Source of the DNA: Podospora anserina
Taxonomy: Eukaryota
NCBI GenBank assembly: GCA_017654855.1
Contig: CM030337.1
Span: forward strand, 1,178,001 to 1,242,000
Length of the DNA: 64,000 nt
Direction of reading: 5' to 3'
Under the pieces are notes generated by a model. The model did no database searches and was not told the DNA's origin. It worked only from the letters and a program-made list of their open reading frames with translations. A program made the position numbers and the translations under genes. Numbering within the stretch: the stretch's first letter is position 1; each line of letters starts with the position of its first letter. This document shows, piece by piece, positions 25,066-37,841 of this stretch.

Positions 25066-28000
25066 ATGGAGGCCAAACTCTACGCCCCCGCCACGGCGCC
25101 CCTCACCTCTTCCGAGAAGCTCGTCACTCTTGAGCTTCAAGATGGTGTGGTCTACCAAGGCTACAGCTTTGGTGCCCCCAAGAGCATTGCCGGTGAACTG
25201 GTGTTCCAGACCGGCATGGTTGGATATCCCGAGTCGGTGACAGACCCATCCTACCGCGGCCAGATTCTGGTCATCACATTCCCGCTGGTCGGCAACTACG
25301 GCGTCCCCTCGAGGGAAACAATGTGCGAGCTTCTGAAGGATCTTCCTGCCCACTTCGAAAGCCATCAGATTCACATCGCCGGTCTCGTCGTAGCCACCTA
25401 TGCTGGCGAAGACTACTCCCACTACCTCGCCACATCCTCATTGGGCGCATGGCTCAAGGAGGAGGGCATCCCCGCCATGTATGGCGTTGACACCAGAGCG
25501 CTCACAAAGCGCATTCGTGAGGAGGGTAGCATGCTCGGTCGCATGCTGTTGCAAAACGACAGCCTCGCCGACCTGGCGGCTCTTAACAAGGCCGGCCAGG
25601 ACTGGAGGCCATATTTCGAGCAACTCGAATGGGTTGATCCCAACAAGAAGAATCTCGTAGCGGAGGGTGAGTTTAGGAGAGACCTTAAGTCAGCCTCATG
25701 CTCACCATCTCTTAGTGTCCATCAAGAAGCCCAAGCTCTACAGCCCCCCATCGGCTTCGGCCCTCAAGCACTCTACCGGCCGGCCGATTCGTATCCTCTG
25801 TCTCGACGTCGGTATGAAGTACAACCAGCTCAGATGCTTCCTCAAGCGTGGCGTTGAGGTTCTCGTTTGCCCTTGGGACTACGATTTCTCCAAGGAGGAG
25901 TACGATGGTCTCTTCATCTCCAACGGTCCTGGTGATCCCGCTGTGATGAAGGATACTGTGAAGCACATCTCTGCCGCCCTTGCTGAGAACAAAACGCCCA
26001 TCTTTGGTATCTGCTTGGGACACCAGCTTCTTGCCCGCGCTTCTGGTGCGCAGACAGTCAAGCTGAAGTTCGGTAACCGCGGTCACAACATCCCCTGCAC
26101 GAGCATGGTGACTGGCAAATGCCACATCACTTCCCAGAACCACGGTTATGCCGTTGACGCTGCTACCCTTCCCACTGGCTGGCAGGAGCTCTTCGTGAAC
26201 GCCAACGACGGCAGCAACGAGGGTATCATGCACGTCGACAAGCCCCACTTCAGTGTTCAGTTCCATCCCGAGAGCACCCCCGGCCCTCGCGACACCGAGT
26301 TCCTCTTTGATGTCTTCATTCAGACCGTCGTCAAGGCGTCCGAGGACAACAGTGTGCTTCAGAAGCCTGTCCACTTTCCCGGCGGTACTGTCGAGGAGAA
26401 CAACAAGCTGCACCCCCGTGTGTCGGTCAAGAAGGTTCTTGTTCTTGGCAGTGGTGGTCTCAGCATTGGCCAGGCTGGCGAGTTCGACTACTCTGGCAGT
26501 CAGGCTATCAAGGCGTTGAAGGAGGAGGGCATCTACACCGTCCTCATCAACCCCAACATTGCCACCATTCAGACCTCCAAGGGTCTTGCGGACAAGGTCT
26601 ACTTCCTTCCCGTCAATGCTGAGTTTGTTCGCAAGGTCATCATTCACGAGAAGCCTGATGCCATCTACTGCACTTTCGGTGGCCAGACTGCTTTGTCGGT
26701 TGGTATCCAGCTCAAGGATGAGTTTGAGTCTCTTGGTGTCAAGGTTCTCGGTACCCCCATCGACACCATCATCACCACTGAGGATCGTGAGCTCTTTGCC
26801 CGCAGCATGGACTCCATCGGCGAGAAGTGCGCCAAGTCTGCCTCAGCCAACAACCTCGAGGAGGCTATGCACGTCGTCAAGGACATTGGCTTCCCCGTCA
26901 TTGTTCGTGCGGCCTACGCCCTTGGTGGCCTTGGCAGTGGTTTTGCCAACAACGAAGATGAGCTTCGTGAGCTGTGCAGCAAGGCCTTTGCTGCCAGTCC
27001 TCAGGTTCTCATCGAGCGCAGCATGAAGGGCTGGAAGGAGGTTGAGTACGAAGTCGTCAGAGATTGCCAGGACAACTGCATCACTGTCTGCAACATGGAG
27101 AACTTTGATCCCCTTGGTATCCACACCGGTGATTCCATCGTTGTGGCTCCTTCTCAGACCCTCTCGGACGAGGACTACAACATGCTTCGCACCACCGCTG
27201 TCAACGTCATTCGCCACCTTGGTGTTGTGGGCGAGTGCAACATTCAATACGCCCTGAACCCCTTCTCCAAGGAGTACTGCATCATTGAAGTCAACGCCAG
27301 ACTGTCGAGATCCTCTGCTCTCGCCTCCAAGGCTACCGGCTACCCCCTTGCCTTCATTGCTGCGAAGTTGGGTCTTGGCATCCCTCTCAAGGACATCAAG
27401 AACTCGGTCACCAAGGTCACCTGTGCCTGCTTCGAGCCTTCTCTTGACTATGTCGTGGTCAAGATGCCTCGTTGGGACTTGAAGAAGTTCAACCGTGTTT
27501 CCTCCCAGCTCGGCTCTTCCATGAAGAGTGTTGGTGAGGTCATGAGCATTGGTAGAACATTCGAAGAAGCGATCCAGAAGGCCATTCGCTCTATTGACTT
27601 CCACAACTTGGGTTTCAACAAGACCGAGAGCGCTTTGATCTCGCTGGATGACGAGTTGCAGACCCCCTCTGACCAGCGTCTGTTTGCCATTGCCAATGCC
27701 ATGTACAATGGCTACTCGGTGAAGCGCATCTGGGAGCTAACCCAGATCGACAAGTGGTTCCTCGACCGTCTTATGGGCTTGATTGACTATGCCAAGCACA
27801 TGGAAGGTCTGAAGGGCCAGTCTCTCAACGCCAACACCCTGCTTCGCGCCAAGCAGCTCGGCTTCTCTGATCGCCAGATTGCCAACTTTGTCGGTTCTTC
27901 TGAACTGCTGGTCCGTGATGTGCGCACCAAGGCCGGAATCACCCCATTCGTGAAGCAGATCGACACTGTCGCCGCCGAGTTCCCCGCCTACACCAACTAC

Positions 28001-31000
28001 CTCTACACCACCTACAATGCCAGCGAGCATGACATCGCCTTCAACGACCGCGGCGTCATGGTCCTTGGCTCTGGTGTTTACCGTATTGGCTCCTCAGTCG
28101 AGTTCGACTGGTGCTCAGTGAGAGCTATCCGCACATTGATGGAGTCGGGTATCAAGACAATCATGATGAATTGTAAGTTTACACTTTCGTTTCTCTCTCT
28201 CCTTTCCCATATGTTTTGAGGCCTTTGGACTATGTTTCAAGGCCTTTGGGCTATATTTCAAGGCCTCTCGGCTATCTTCGAAGGCCTATCGACGATCTTT
28301 CAAGGCCTATCGATTTTCATTCGAGGCCTCTGGACTATCTTGGAAGACCTATTTTATGTTTTCAAAGGCCTTGAAAGATAGCCGAGAGGCGTGTTGGCTA
28401 TCTTCAAAGGCCTTATCCCCGAGTGGCACTCTGTATTTGTTTTGTCAACGGCGTCCCGGTTTTCAGTCTTCACACATTCTCTCAACCAGTTTGACACCTT
28501 CCCGCACCCTCCCAAGAGCTCTAGTACTAATATTTTGACCGAAAGGCAATCCAGAGACCGTAAGCACTGATTTTGACGAAGCCGACAGGCTTTATTTTGA
28601 GGCCACCACTGTGAGTTTTGACCCCCTGAGAATCTTTTTTCTCAATCCCCTGAGAACTTCTTGACCCCCTGAGGACCTCGCTCATAACGAATACTGACAA
28701 TTCTGCAGATGGAGACTGTGCTCGACGTCTATGAAGTTGAAAACTCCCAGGGCGTTCTAGGCGCCATGGGTGGCCAAGGGCCCAACAACATTGCCCTGCC
28801 CCTGTTCAGAGCTGGCGTCAAGATGCTCGGTACCTCGCCTGAGATGATTGATTCTGCCGAGAACCGGTACAAATTCTCGCGTATGCTTGACCGCATTGGT
28901 GTCGATCAGCCTACCTGGAAGGAACTCACGAGCTTCGAGGAGGCCAAGGCCTTCTGCACCAAGGTCACTTACCCAGTGCTGGTCCGCCCCTCGTATGTTC
29001 TTTCCGGGGCTGCCATGAACACCGTCTACTCTGAGGGTGATCTCGAGTCCTACTTGAAGCAGGCCACCGCTGTGTCTCCCGAGCACCCTGTGGTCATCAC
29101 CAAGTACATCGAGAACGCAAAGGAGATCGAGATGGACGCCGTGGCCAAGAACGGCAAGGTTGTTGGTCACTTTATTTCTGAGCACGTCGAGAACGCTGGT
29201 GTTCACTCCGGAGATGCCACTCTGGTTCTTCCTCCCCAGGACCTCGAGCCCACTACCATTCAGCGCATCGAGGACGCCACCCGCAAGATTGCTGATGCTC
29301 TCAACATCACTGGTCCCCTCAATATTCAGTTCATTGCCAAGGACAACGACATCAAAGTCATTGAGTGCAACGTTCGCGCGTCTCGCTCCTTCCCCTTCGT
29401 CTCCAAGGTCATGGGAGTGGATCTTATTGAGATGGCCACCAAGGCTATCATGGATGTTCCTTTCGAGGAGTATCCCAAGATCGATCGCACTGTTGACTCG
29501 GTTGCTGTCAAGGTCCCTCAGTTCAGTTTCTCGCGCCTGTCTGGTGCTGATCCTGTGCTGGGTGTCGAGATGGCCTCCACTGGTGAGGTCGCTTGCTTTG
29601 GCTCCGACAAGTATGAGGCTTACCTGAAGGGTCTCATGTCCACTGGCTTCAAGATCCCCAAGAAGAACATTCTGCTGTCTCTTGGTTCTTACAATGACAA
29701 GCTGGAACTTCTTCCCTCGGTCAAGAAGCTTGAGGAAATGGGCTACACCCTCTTTGCCACAGCAGGAACCTCCGACTTCCTGGCATCTCACGGAGTCAAG
29801 GCGCAGTACCTTGAGGTCCTTGGCAAGTCTGAACAGGAGGCTCAGAGAAGCGAGTACTCGCTGGTTGACCATCTGTCCAACAACAAGATCGACTTGTACA
29901 TCAACTTGCCATCCAGCAACAGATACAGGCGCCCGGCCAGCTACGTGAGCAAGGGCTACCTCACTCGTCGTCTGGCTGTTGACTACCAAGTTCCTTTGGT
30001 TACCAATGTCAAGAATGCCAAGATCCTGATCGAGGCTATCGCCAGGCATTTTGAGCTGGAGGTCGGCATCACCGATTATCAGACCAGCCACCGTACTGTT
30101 CAGCTGCCTGGCCTGGTCAACATCGCCGCCTATGTGCCCGGTCTGGCTGTTAGGGACAGCGGGGATCTCCAGAGTGTCACCAAGGCTTCGATTGCTGCCG
30201 GATTCAGCATGATTCGCGTCATGCCCCTTGGAGAGGGTGAAGGCAACTCGATCACAGAGGCAAAGTCCCTCAAGATCGCCCAGCAGAACAGCAAGCGTGG
30301 TGGCTATTGCGACTTCAACTTCTCCGTCACCGCTACCTCTGACAATGCTGACAAAATCAGCCTTCTGGCCGGTGAAGTTGGCTCTCTGTTCATTCCTTTC
30401 AACCACATGTCCGGAAAGAACATCAGCAAGGTTGCTGCTGTCCAAGCACACTTTGATGCCTGGCCAACTCACAAGCCCATCATCACGGATGCTCGCACCA
30501 CCGACTTGGCCTCCATCTTGCTGCTTGCCAGCCTCCACAACCGCCGCATTCACGTCACCGCTGTCACCACCAAGGATGACATCAGATTGATTGCTCTTTG
30601 CAAGGCAAAACAGATGAATGTCACGTGCGATGTGTCCATTTATTCCCTGTATCTGTCCCAGGATGACTATCCTGACTGCAGCTTCCTGCCCAATGCCAGG
30701 GACCAGGCTGCTTTGTGGCAGCACCTTGCCACCATCGACGTCTTCTCTATTGGAAGCCTGCCCTACCAGCTCGCTCAAAAATTGGGGAAGCCAACTGATG
30801 CCACTGTTGGCATCGCCGATGCACTCCCCCTCCTCTTGACTTCGGTTGTCGAGGGCAAGCTCACTATTGAGGATATCATGACACGTCTCCATGACAAGCC
30901 CAAGGAGATCTTTGAGCTCCACGACCAGATTGGCACCACTTTGGAGGTCGAGGTTGGCCGCACCTACACCGTCCCTGAGACCGGCCCCTGGTCTCCCTTC

Positions 31001-32246
31001 GCTGGGAAGGTTCTGAAGGGCGCTGTTCAGCGTGTGACATTCCAGGATCAGGTCGCATGCCTCGATGGCGTCGCCGTGGAAGGTCCCCCCAAGGGCAAGG
31101 ACATGTCTACTCACGGAGCCATGCCTGCCATCGCCACCATCACCTCTCCTGCCTTGAAGCCACTTAGCCAAGCGTTGTCCCCGTTGCCAGACTCGAGACT
31201 CCTTGCGTCTCCTGCCCCTGGCCCCTTCACAAACAAGTTGCAGCAGCTTCTTTCCATGGATTCCCCATTCAGGAAGAAGCATGTTCTTTCCGTGACATCC
31301 TACAGCAGGCAGGACCTGCACCATCTCTTCGACGTTGCTGAGGAGATTCGCAACCGCGTCGACCGCCAGGGTGTCCTTGACATTCTTCGCGGACGCCTGC
31401 TCGCCACCCTCTTCTACGAGCCGTCTACTCGCACCTCTGCCTCTTTCGATGCCGCCATGCAGCGTCTTGGCGGCCGCACCATTGCCATTACCACCTCGAC
31501 TTCGTCGGTTCAGAAGGGTGAAACTCTCCATGACACGTTGAGGACGCTTGCCTGCTACGCAGACGCTGTCGTTCTCCGCCATCCTGATGAGAATTGCCTT
31601 GAGGTTGCCCCGATCATCCCTGTTCCCATCATCAACGGCGGTAACGGAAGCAAGGAGCACCCCACTCAAGCCTTCCTTGATCTCTTCACCATCCGCGAGG
31701 AATTTGGCTCCATGAAAGACTTGACCATCACCTTTGTTGGTGATCTCTTGCACGGAAGACCCGTCCACTCCCTTGTGTACCTCCTCAAGCACTACCGCGC
31801 CAACAACGTCAAGGTCAATCTGGTTTCCCCCAAGTCTCTGGCCTTGCCGAAGGATATCTATAGGGACCTCAAGGAAGCTGGCCAGATTCTCTTTGAGAGT
31901 GAGAGCCTTACTCCCCAGATCTTGGAGTCCACCGACGTGCTGTACGTCACCCGCGTGCAAAAGGAGCGCTTCGAGGATCTCGCCGAGTACGACAGAGTCA
32001 AGAACTCTTACCGCATCGACCAGAGCACTCTCCGTAACACAAAGCCCAGCATGCGCGTGATGCATCCTCTTCCCAGAAATGAGGAGGTTGCTGAGGAGGT
32101 GGACTTTGACCAGAGAGCCGCGTACTTCAGACAGGTGAGCACCCCCCCTTTTTCTTTCTCGTTCCTGAATAAACACTGACATACGACAACAGATGAAGCA
32201 CGGTCTCCACTGCCGCATGGCTTTGCTCGCTCTTATTCTTTCTTAG
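25066..32246 (+). CDS. ura2: Multifunctional pyrimidine biosynthesis protein (GATase-CPSase-pseudoDHOase-ATCase); introns 25667-25715, 28173-28545, 28611-28708, 32135-32192
   Basis: [70 protein letters not shown]; splicing restores [12 protein letters not shown]. Confidence 0.97.
28219..28413. repeat. Intronic 21-nt-period degenerate tandem array (10 AGGCCT-type cores, one inverted unit)
   Basis: Cores at 28219, 28240, 28261, 28282, 28303, 28324, 28345 (AGACCT), 28366, 28387 (AGGCGT), 28408. Confidence 0.92.
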
Positions 32247-32978
32247 AAGGAGTCGAGTTGATCATGACATCTATAGAATGACGTTTGCTTTTTGTTCATT
32301 TTCTTTCAATAGTTATTATATATGGGACGGATGGGAAAAAGGGTATGGATGGGAAAACTGGAAGGCATGTTGATTTTTGCGTTCTATTTGCTTTTCGAGT
32401 CAGTGGTATCTACGATAGATAGATCCTAGACCAAACGACTCTCCTGGACCGAGAACGACCTTGGAACCCTTTTTTTTCTTCTGGTAGCATTTTCTTTGTT
32501 TGATGATATCTCATGACTTTGTACGAGTGATACCCTTTTGCATTGGGATGGCGTATGTATAGGTATGTTTTATGCACATGTATTTGGGTTGCATGTAGAG
32601 GCGTATGTGCGTTTGGGTTGGGTTTGGGGTGCTTTGTATTTATTGTATTTATATGTAGCATTAGATATGTCCATAATTGGATAACAATTCAATAATCTGC
32701 TTTTTTGTGTTTTGTTGTGTCCTCTTTTTGTCCAGTGTTGTGATGATGGATGGGATGGTATCGAGTGTAAGAACATACAGAATCTCAGCACGAGAATCGT
32801 CCTCTCTCTGAATCATCTCCTGTTCCACCCGTCTGCGCGATGTCGGAAGAAAGCTAGGTGGCGTGAGGGCTCCTTTGATCAGATTGCGGCTTGATTTATG
32901 TTTTGTTACGTTTTGTTCTACCTGTTATGCATACATTCTACCGATAATTGAAGTAGATGAGATTTAGGTATGTTACTT

Positions 32979-33423
32979 TTAGATGCCACCACCACTCCGA
33001 TCCACGCTCACGTAGAGGTCTCCCGCCTTCCTCCGCGCCGACTCGTTCTCCCTGGTGCGGGAGGAGGAGACTTGCTGGACGGCGAGGGCTGTGAGGGTTA
33101 GAGCTAGGGTTGCGGCTGCTAGGCGGGGGTTGCGGCTGTGAAAAGGGGCGTGTTAGTCAATGCTGGCAAAGGAATTGAAACTGTGAGAGGGGAGAGAGGG
33201 GTTTGGTGTAAAGACATAGAGCAATTTGATGACGTGGGGTAAGACTTTGCTGTGGTTGACATGAGAGGTAAGTTGAACGCTCGACTTCCGAATCGGGAGA
33301 GATAAGATAAGATGAGATGAGATAAGATGGGACATACCTCACGCCGCGCTTCATGGCGGGGGAAGAAGTAGTAGTGGTGGTGGTAGCTGCGGCAGCTTGA
33401 CGGATGGGAGTGTGGGAGGGCAT
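32979..33423 (-). CDS. Small 80-aa protein with one hydrophobic segment, ending YVSVDRSGGGI; intron 33337-33136
   Basis: CACAATG start, GTATGT donor, ACTAAC branch, CAG acceptor. Spliced: MPSHTPIRQAAAATTTTTTSSPAMKRGVSRNPRLAAATLALTLTALAVQQVSSSRTRENESARRKAGDLYVSVDRSGGGI*. Confidence 0.75.
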
Positions 33424-35235
33424 TGTGATATGTGATGGAGTTTTGGGGGGTGAGCTATCAAGATGTTGAAGTTGTTGGAGAGGTATGGTAGGTAGGTATG
33501 AAGTATGAAGGCGGTGAAGTAGACGGATGCGATGATGTTATGTCAAGAGTAGCGTGACGGATATAGCAACAAAGATCTTCAACGGGACAGAAGGTAAATA
33601 ATGATGCTTCTCTAGATAATGGAATTGTTTTGCGAAAGGAGGAAGACAGAGAAGATCAAAACCCCTTGATCTGTTACTTTCTTTACTTTTGAGCTGCCCC
33701 AAACGTTCGAGGCCCGGTCCCTAGGGGGGCAACAGTGGCACGCGACCAGGTGCATTGCATGAGGCTAGCTAGTCGGTGTTAGTGTGCTGCTGCGTAGCAG
33801 TGTTGCTGCCCCGCGATAAGATTGGGCAGGGTGAGCTTGGCTGCCGGTGTTGGTTACCTAAGGTGGCGCACTGTACGGTTTTGATATCCGTCAGAGCACG
33901 GTGTTTTTGTTTTGTTGGGGGTGAGGTTGAAGGTGGTAGGTTAGGTGCGGGGCATTGGGATGATGATGACATGACATGACTCGGAGGTTACCGTGTTTCT
34001 GGGTTGGGGACTTTCTGCTTTTGGCGGGAATGTCGCAGATGTTATGCAAGGAGGGGAAAGTCGGGTTGTTTGGGGTTACACTGGGCTGATTGGCGATGAG
34101 GGCGGCGGTCATGGCGAGGATGTCATGGAATCAGAGAGGGAGAGTTTTTGGGCGAGGAGGAGTGACATTAGAGTTGAAATGACGTCCAACATTGAAGGTT
34201 TGGATGGTGTACGTACGTTCTGACGGTTGACAAGAGGTGAGGGGCTGTCAAGTTGAAGGTCAACAGCTAGTGTTTGCATGGCAGTGGTGGTCAAGCAGTG
34301 ATGTCCGATGATGAGACATGTCATGGGTAGTGAATTTTGAATGGCCATCATAATCTTGGAACTTCAAATTCCGTTGTCTACTGGAACATCAATCTTTCAA
34401 GAGTTCATTGAACCACTTTGTTGTTGGCGTTGCAGATGCATCAACACGTGGATGTGTCAGTCAATTAACGCGCAATGATTGGTCAAGAAGCTAGTATCAG
34501 TGGAGAGGGCTTCAACGCCTTGACCTATATTCTTCAACATCAGCAAGCCTCGTCAGAGTGAGGACGTGGTGTGCTGCATGGATATGGGCTTCGGGCTTGC
34601 ATTTGAGAACAGTATCTGTAAGTATTTCCATTGCGACTCTTTCCGCTCCATGTTATATTGACTGACGAGCTTGGGCGGCGGCGGCAGATCAGAAGCTGGG
34701 AGCTCGACGTGCTTGATAGGGCTGTTGGGGGCTGTGTAGCATGTAGCTGCAGCTCCTCGTTGTTCGGTTGGCGAATCGAGTGAGGCGGAATATTTGTATG
34801 TTTGATGGTTAATATGTTCAAATATGACTGGCGCTGGACCCGGCTGCTGCCTGGCTGAGGCATCCTCTTTCGTTGAGCCTTTATGACGAGCAGGCCGCGA
34901 ATACCCTTTCAGTGCGCATTTGAGGACAATAGTTCGTTGCAGTTTTTAGGCCATCTCAAAGCTGGAATGTCCGACCATCTTCACGTTCCCATTCCAGTTC
35001 ATCCATTGTTCTTTCAGAGGAGCTCCCCCGCGCTTTCCTTTCACACCGACAACGTGGCGGGGTAATTAGTTACCAGCTTAAACTTCGCTGACGACCGCCA
35101 TTTTGATATTGACCTTCAGTTTTCCTTCGGCTCGCGAGCTCGCGTGGCATCAAACTTAGCTTGGACCAATCCCCTATCGCTTGCTGGCTCGCATCATCAG
35201 CATTCGCTGCCTATCCCGTCGTACGGAAAAGCGTC

Positions 35236-37841
35236 ATGGAGCAACAACAACTTATCGATCAACTTATCGACGACTGGGCGAGTACGCCCAGTCCACCGGC
35301 ACAAGACAATATGCCTATGGCTACTGAATCTGGATCACCAAGAGCTGTAACCTTCAGTGAGCCCCAACCGGAGCCCCCAAAACCACATCAACCCCATCCT
35401 GCGACTCGAAATGCCATGCAGCAGAACTTCATGGACATCGTGGCTACCAGATGCCACCTCGCCCCAGCCAAAGGCAAAGATACCTCCGTCTTGGCCTTTA
35501 TCATCTTTCCCAAAGACTACATTGGAACCACTTGTGACGGCAGCCGATGGGGTGATTTCAAGCTCCGTATGAGCTACGGTTCGCTCATCGCTCTCAATTC
35601 TGCTAAGATCAACAACATGTTCAAACCCCGGGCCCAGGAGCGGTTCCGTCGCCGACTGGCTACTGACCTAGGTGTGAAAGACCTGCCGGAAGGTGTCAAG
35701 TATGTTCTGGACTTCACGCCTCCGGTTGAGGGAGCTGAGCTAGCAGACCTTACTGCGAAGCTCTGGCTGCCCAAGATGGTCAAATTGTGGTTTCTTGCTG
35801 GCCACTATTCGCCAGACCCAGTCCTCAAATGTTTCCAAGATACTGATTTCCGGAGCCGGCTGATGGCAGACTCTGCAGTTGGCGCCATCATGGTAATGGG
35901 GCATGATGATATTTGCAGACGTCAGAACTGTGAGTTTTATTGCCTCGTTAGATGTGGCTTTCTTGTTGCTAATAGTGCGATTTAGGCCTTACTGATGCAT
36001 CTCCGTGGGAAGTTGCCAGCAGTTGCCCGGGAATTGTTCCCGATGACGAAAGTACCCCGATGTGCCACATCCCCCCTTGGCGAAGAATTGAGGATTATTG
36101 TCCCATACGGCATCGTGTCTGCATCATGCGTGTTTTGCAGGCGATCAACGGGAAGGATCTGATGCTGAATTCGGCAGTAAGAATGTGGACCGTCGCACAA
36201 GTGGCCATCTCTCTGGAGGTTCCACAGGTCGTGGTAAGCATCAATGACCCTGTCGTTGATCTTGATGGCAGGCTTACTGACTTTGCTCAGGTTGACCCGG
36301 TCACCCAATGGCTCAGTGCTCCTCCAAACACAAAGTTCACAGAAATTTGTCCCGAAAAAGCGTTTGAGCTTGCCTACGCGCTCAGAATCCCAAGTATCTT
36401 GACGGCCGCCTTCAAGATCCTGGTCAGCGAAACTGCCGTCGACTACGCCAAAGCGCTCCGGTCGCCACGTCTTCCTAAAGAAAGCTGGGTGCAGCGTCCC
36501 CGAGATGACTACGGCGACTTCCCTTCTGATCCCGTCGAATACGGCGCCCGGGCTTTTCTTGATAGGATGACGGGCAAATACAAGTTGCTCAAATCTGATG
36601 CCGTTTTCAACTATCTCCCCACCCGGATCGCTGAATGGGACAATCTCATGGCGACGAAACAAGTTATCGATCGGTATGGGCATTCTGAGGTGAAGGAGGC
36701 CTATGAGCGACTGACCAGGGGGTTGGTACATATCGTTCACGAGTACGTGGACAGAGTGATGACAGCTGAAACGCAAGGTTGCGAGATTGATGGCCTTCCG
36801 CAGAAAGTGGTCGAGTTGGTGGAGGCTCAACGACGGCATTACGTCCCCGCAAAGTCCCATTTGCCCTTGCATCTGGTGTACTCAAAACTGGATCCCTCGC
36901 AAAAGGTTCTCACGCCGTACTTGTGGAGGAGTTTGCGCGAGAAGCTCGAGACTCTTGCGGAGATGGCGAACACGAAGGTGGATGGTGATTATCTAAAACA
37001 GCTTAGGCTCACATTTAACAAGGAAATGTCGAGGATTCGCCATCCTGAGGCCGTGGAAATGTTGAGCGACATTGCGAGTGCTGGTGGTGGCAATCGCCAA
37101 GTCTGGACGGGGTGGTTTGACCTGTTCAAGTTCCACAGCGGGTTGCACTATGCGCTCAAGGACTTGACCACCAGGGTGCTGGGGCATCACGATGAGAACA
37201 TGTTTTCGTTCTTCCTTTCGGACCACTTGCTGCTGAATCTTGAGGATAGCGAGCTCAAGTACTTGCCGATTTGGGCGGATGGTGGGTTGGATGACGGGTC
37301 GGGGGGTGTTTTTCAGGAGGTCATTCCCGAGGCGGAGATGGGGCCGAGTGAGCCCGGGCCGGGTTATCATACGGGGTATACGGTTGCGGGGACGGACACG
37401 GACATGGCCAGTACGGTTGGGTATGCGCCTACGATGGTGAGTAAATCTGATTTGGGGTTCGGAGAGCTGTTGTTGGATGATGCGACGGTGGCGAGGAGTG
37501 TGAGTGTTCAGCAGACTGGGGCTGGGGAGAGCGAGTGGGGTGGGATTATATCGGATAATAAGAGGAGGGTGGTGGCTGTGCCGAGTGAGATGACGAGCGA
37601 GGATCGGTTTACGGAGGGAGAGGATGGGGAGTGGAATGAGGCTATGTATGAGAGGCCGGCGGGGCATCAGGCTGTTGGGCAGGCGTTGGAGGAGTATGTG
37701 GAGGAGCCGGGGTTGGAGGGTGGCTCTTTGAAGGGGAAAGGGGTGGACGATGTCATGAGTCTGGATGATGACGATGATGACGATGGGACCTCGACGCTGG
37801 ACGGGTTTGAGGATATGGATGATGTGAACTTTGGGCTTTGA
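35236..37841 (+). CDS. Hypothetical protein of about 830 aa with acidic C-terminus; introns 35930-35985 and 36234-36290
   Basis: Two long ORFs joined in frame by GTGAGT...GCTAAT...TAG; second intron GTAAGC...ACTGAC...CAG; no family recognised. Confidence 0.8.

Noticed and set aside
28219-28413. CRISPR interpretation of the intronic array
   Set aside because: Eukaryotic intron, 6-nt core, spacers related to each other, no cas genes.
30090-31080. Dihydroorotase-like domain lacking metal-binding histidines ([13 protein letters not shown])
   Set aside because: Inactive pseudo-DHOase is an established feature of fungal URA2.
28757-32218. 1153-aa antisense ORF over ura2, and similar shadows over other genes
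   Set aside because: Mirror-frame ORF explained by sense-strand codon bias; no recognisable motifs.
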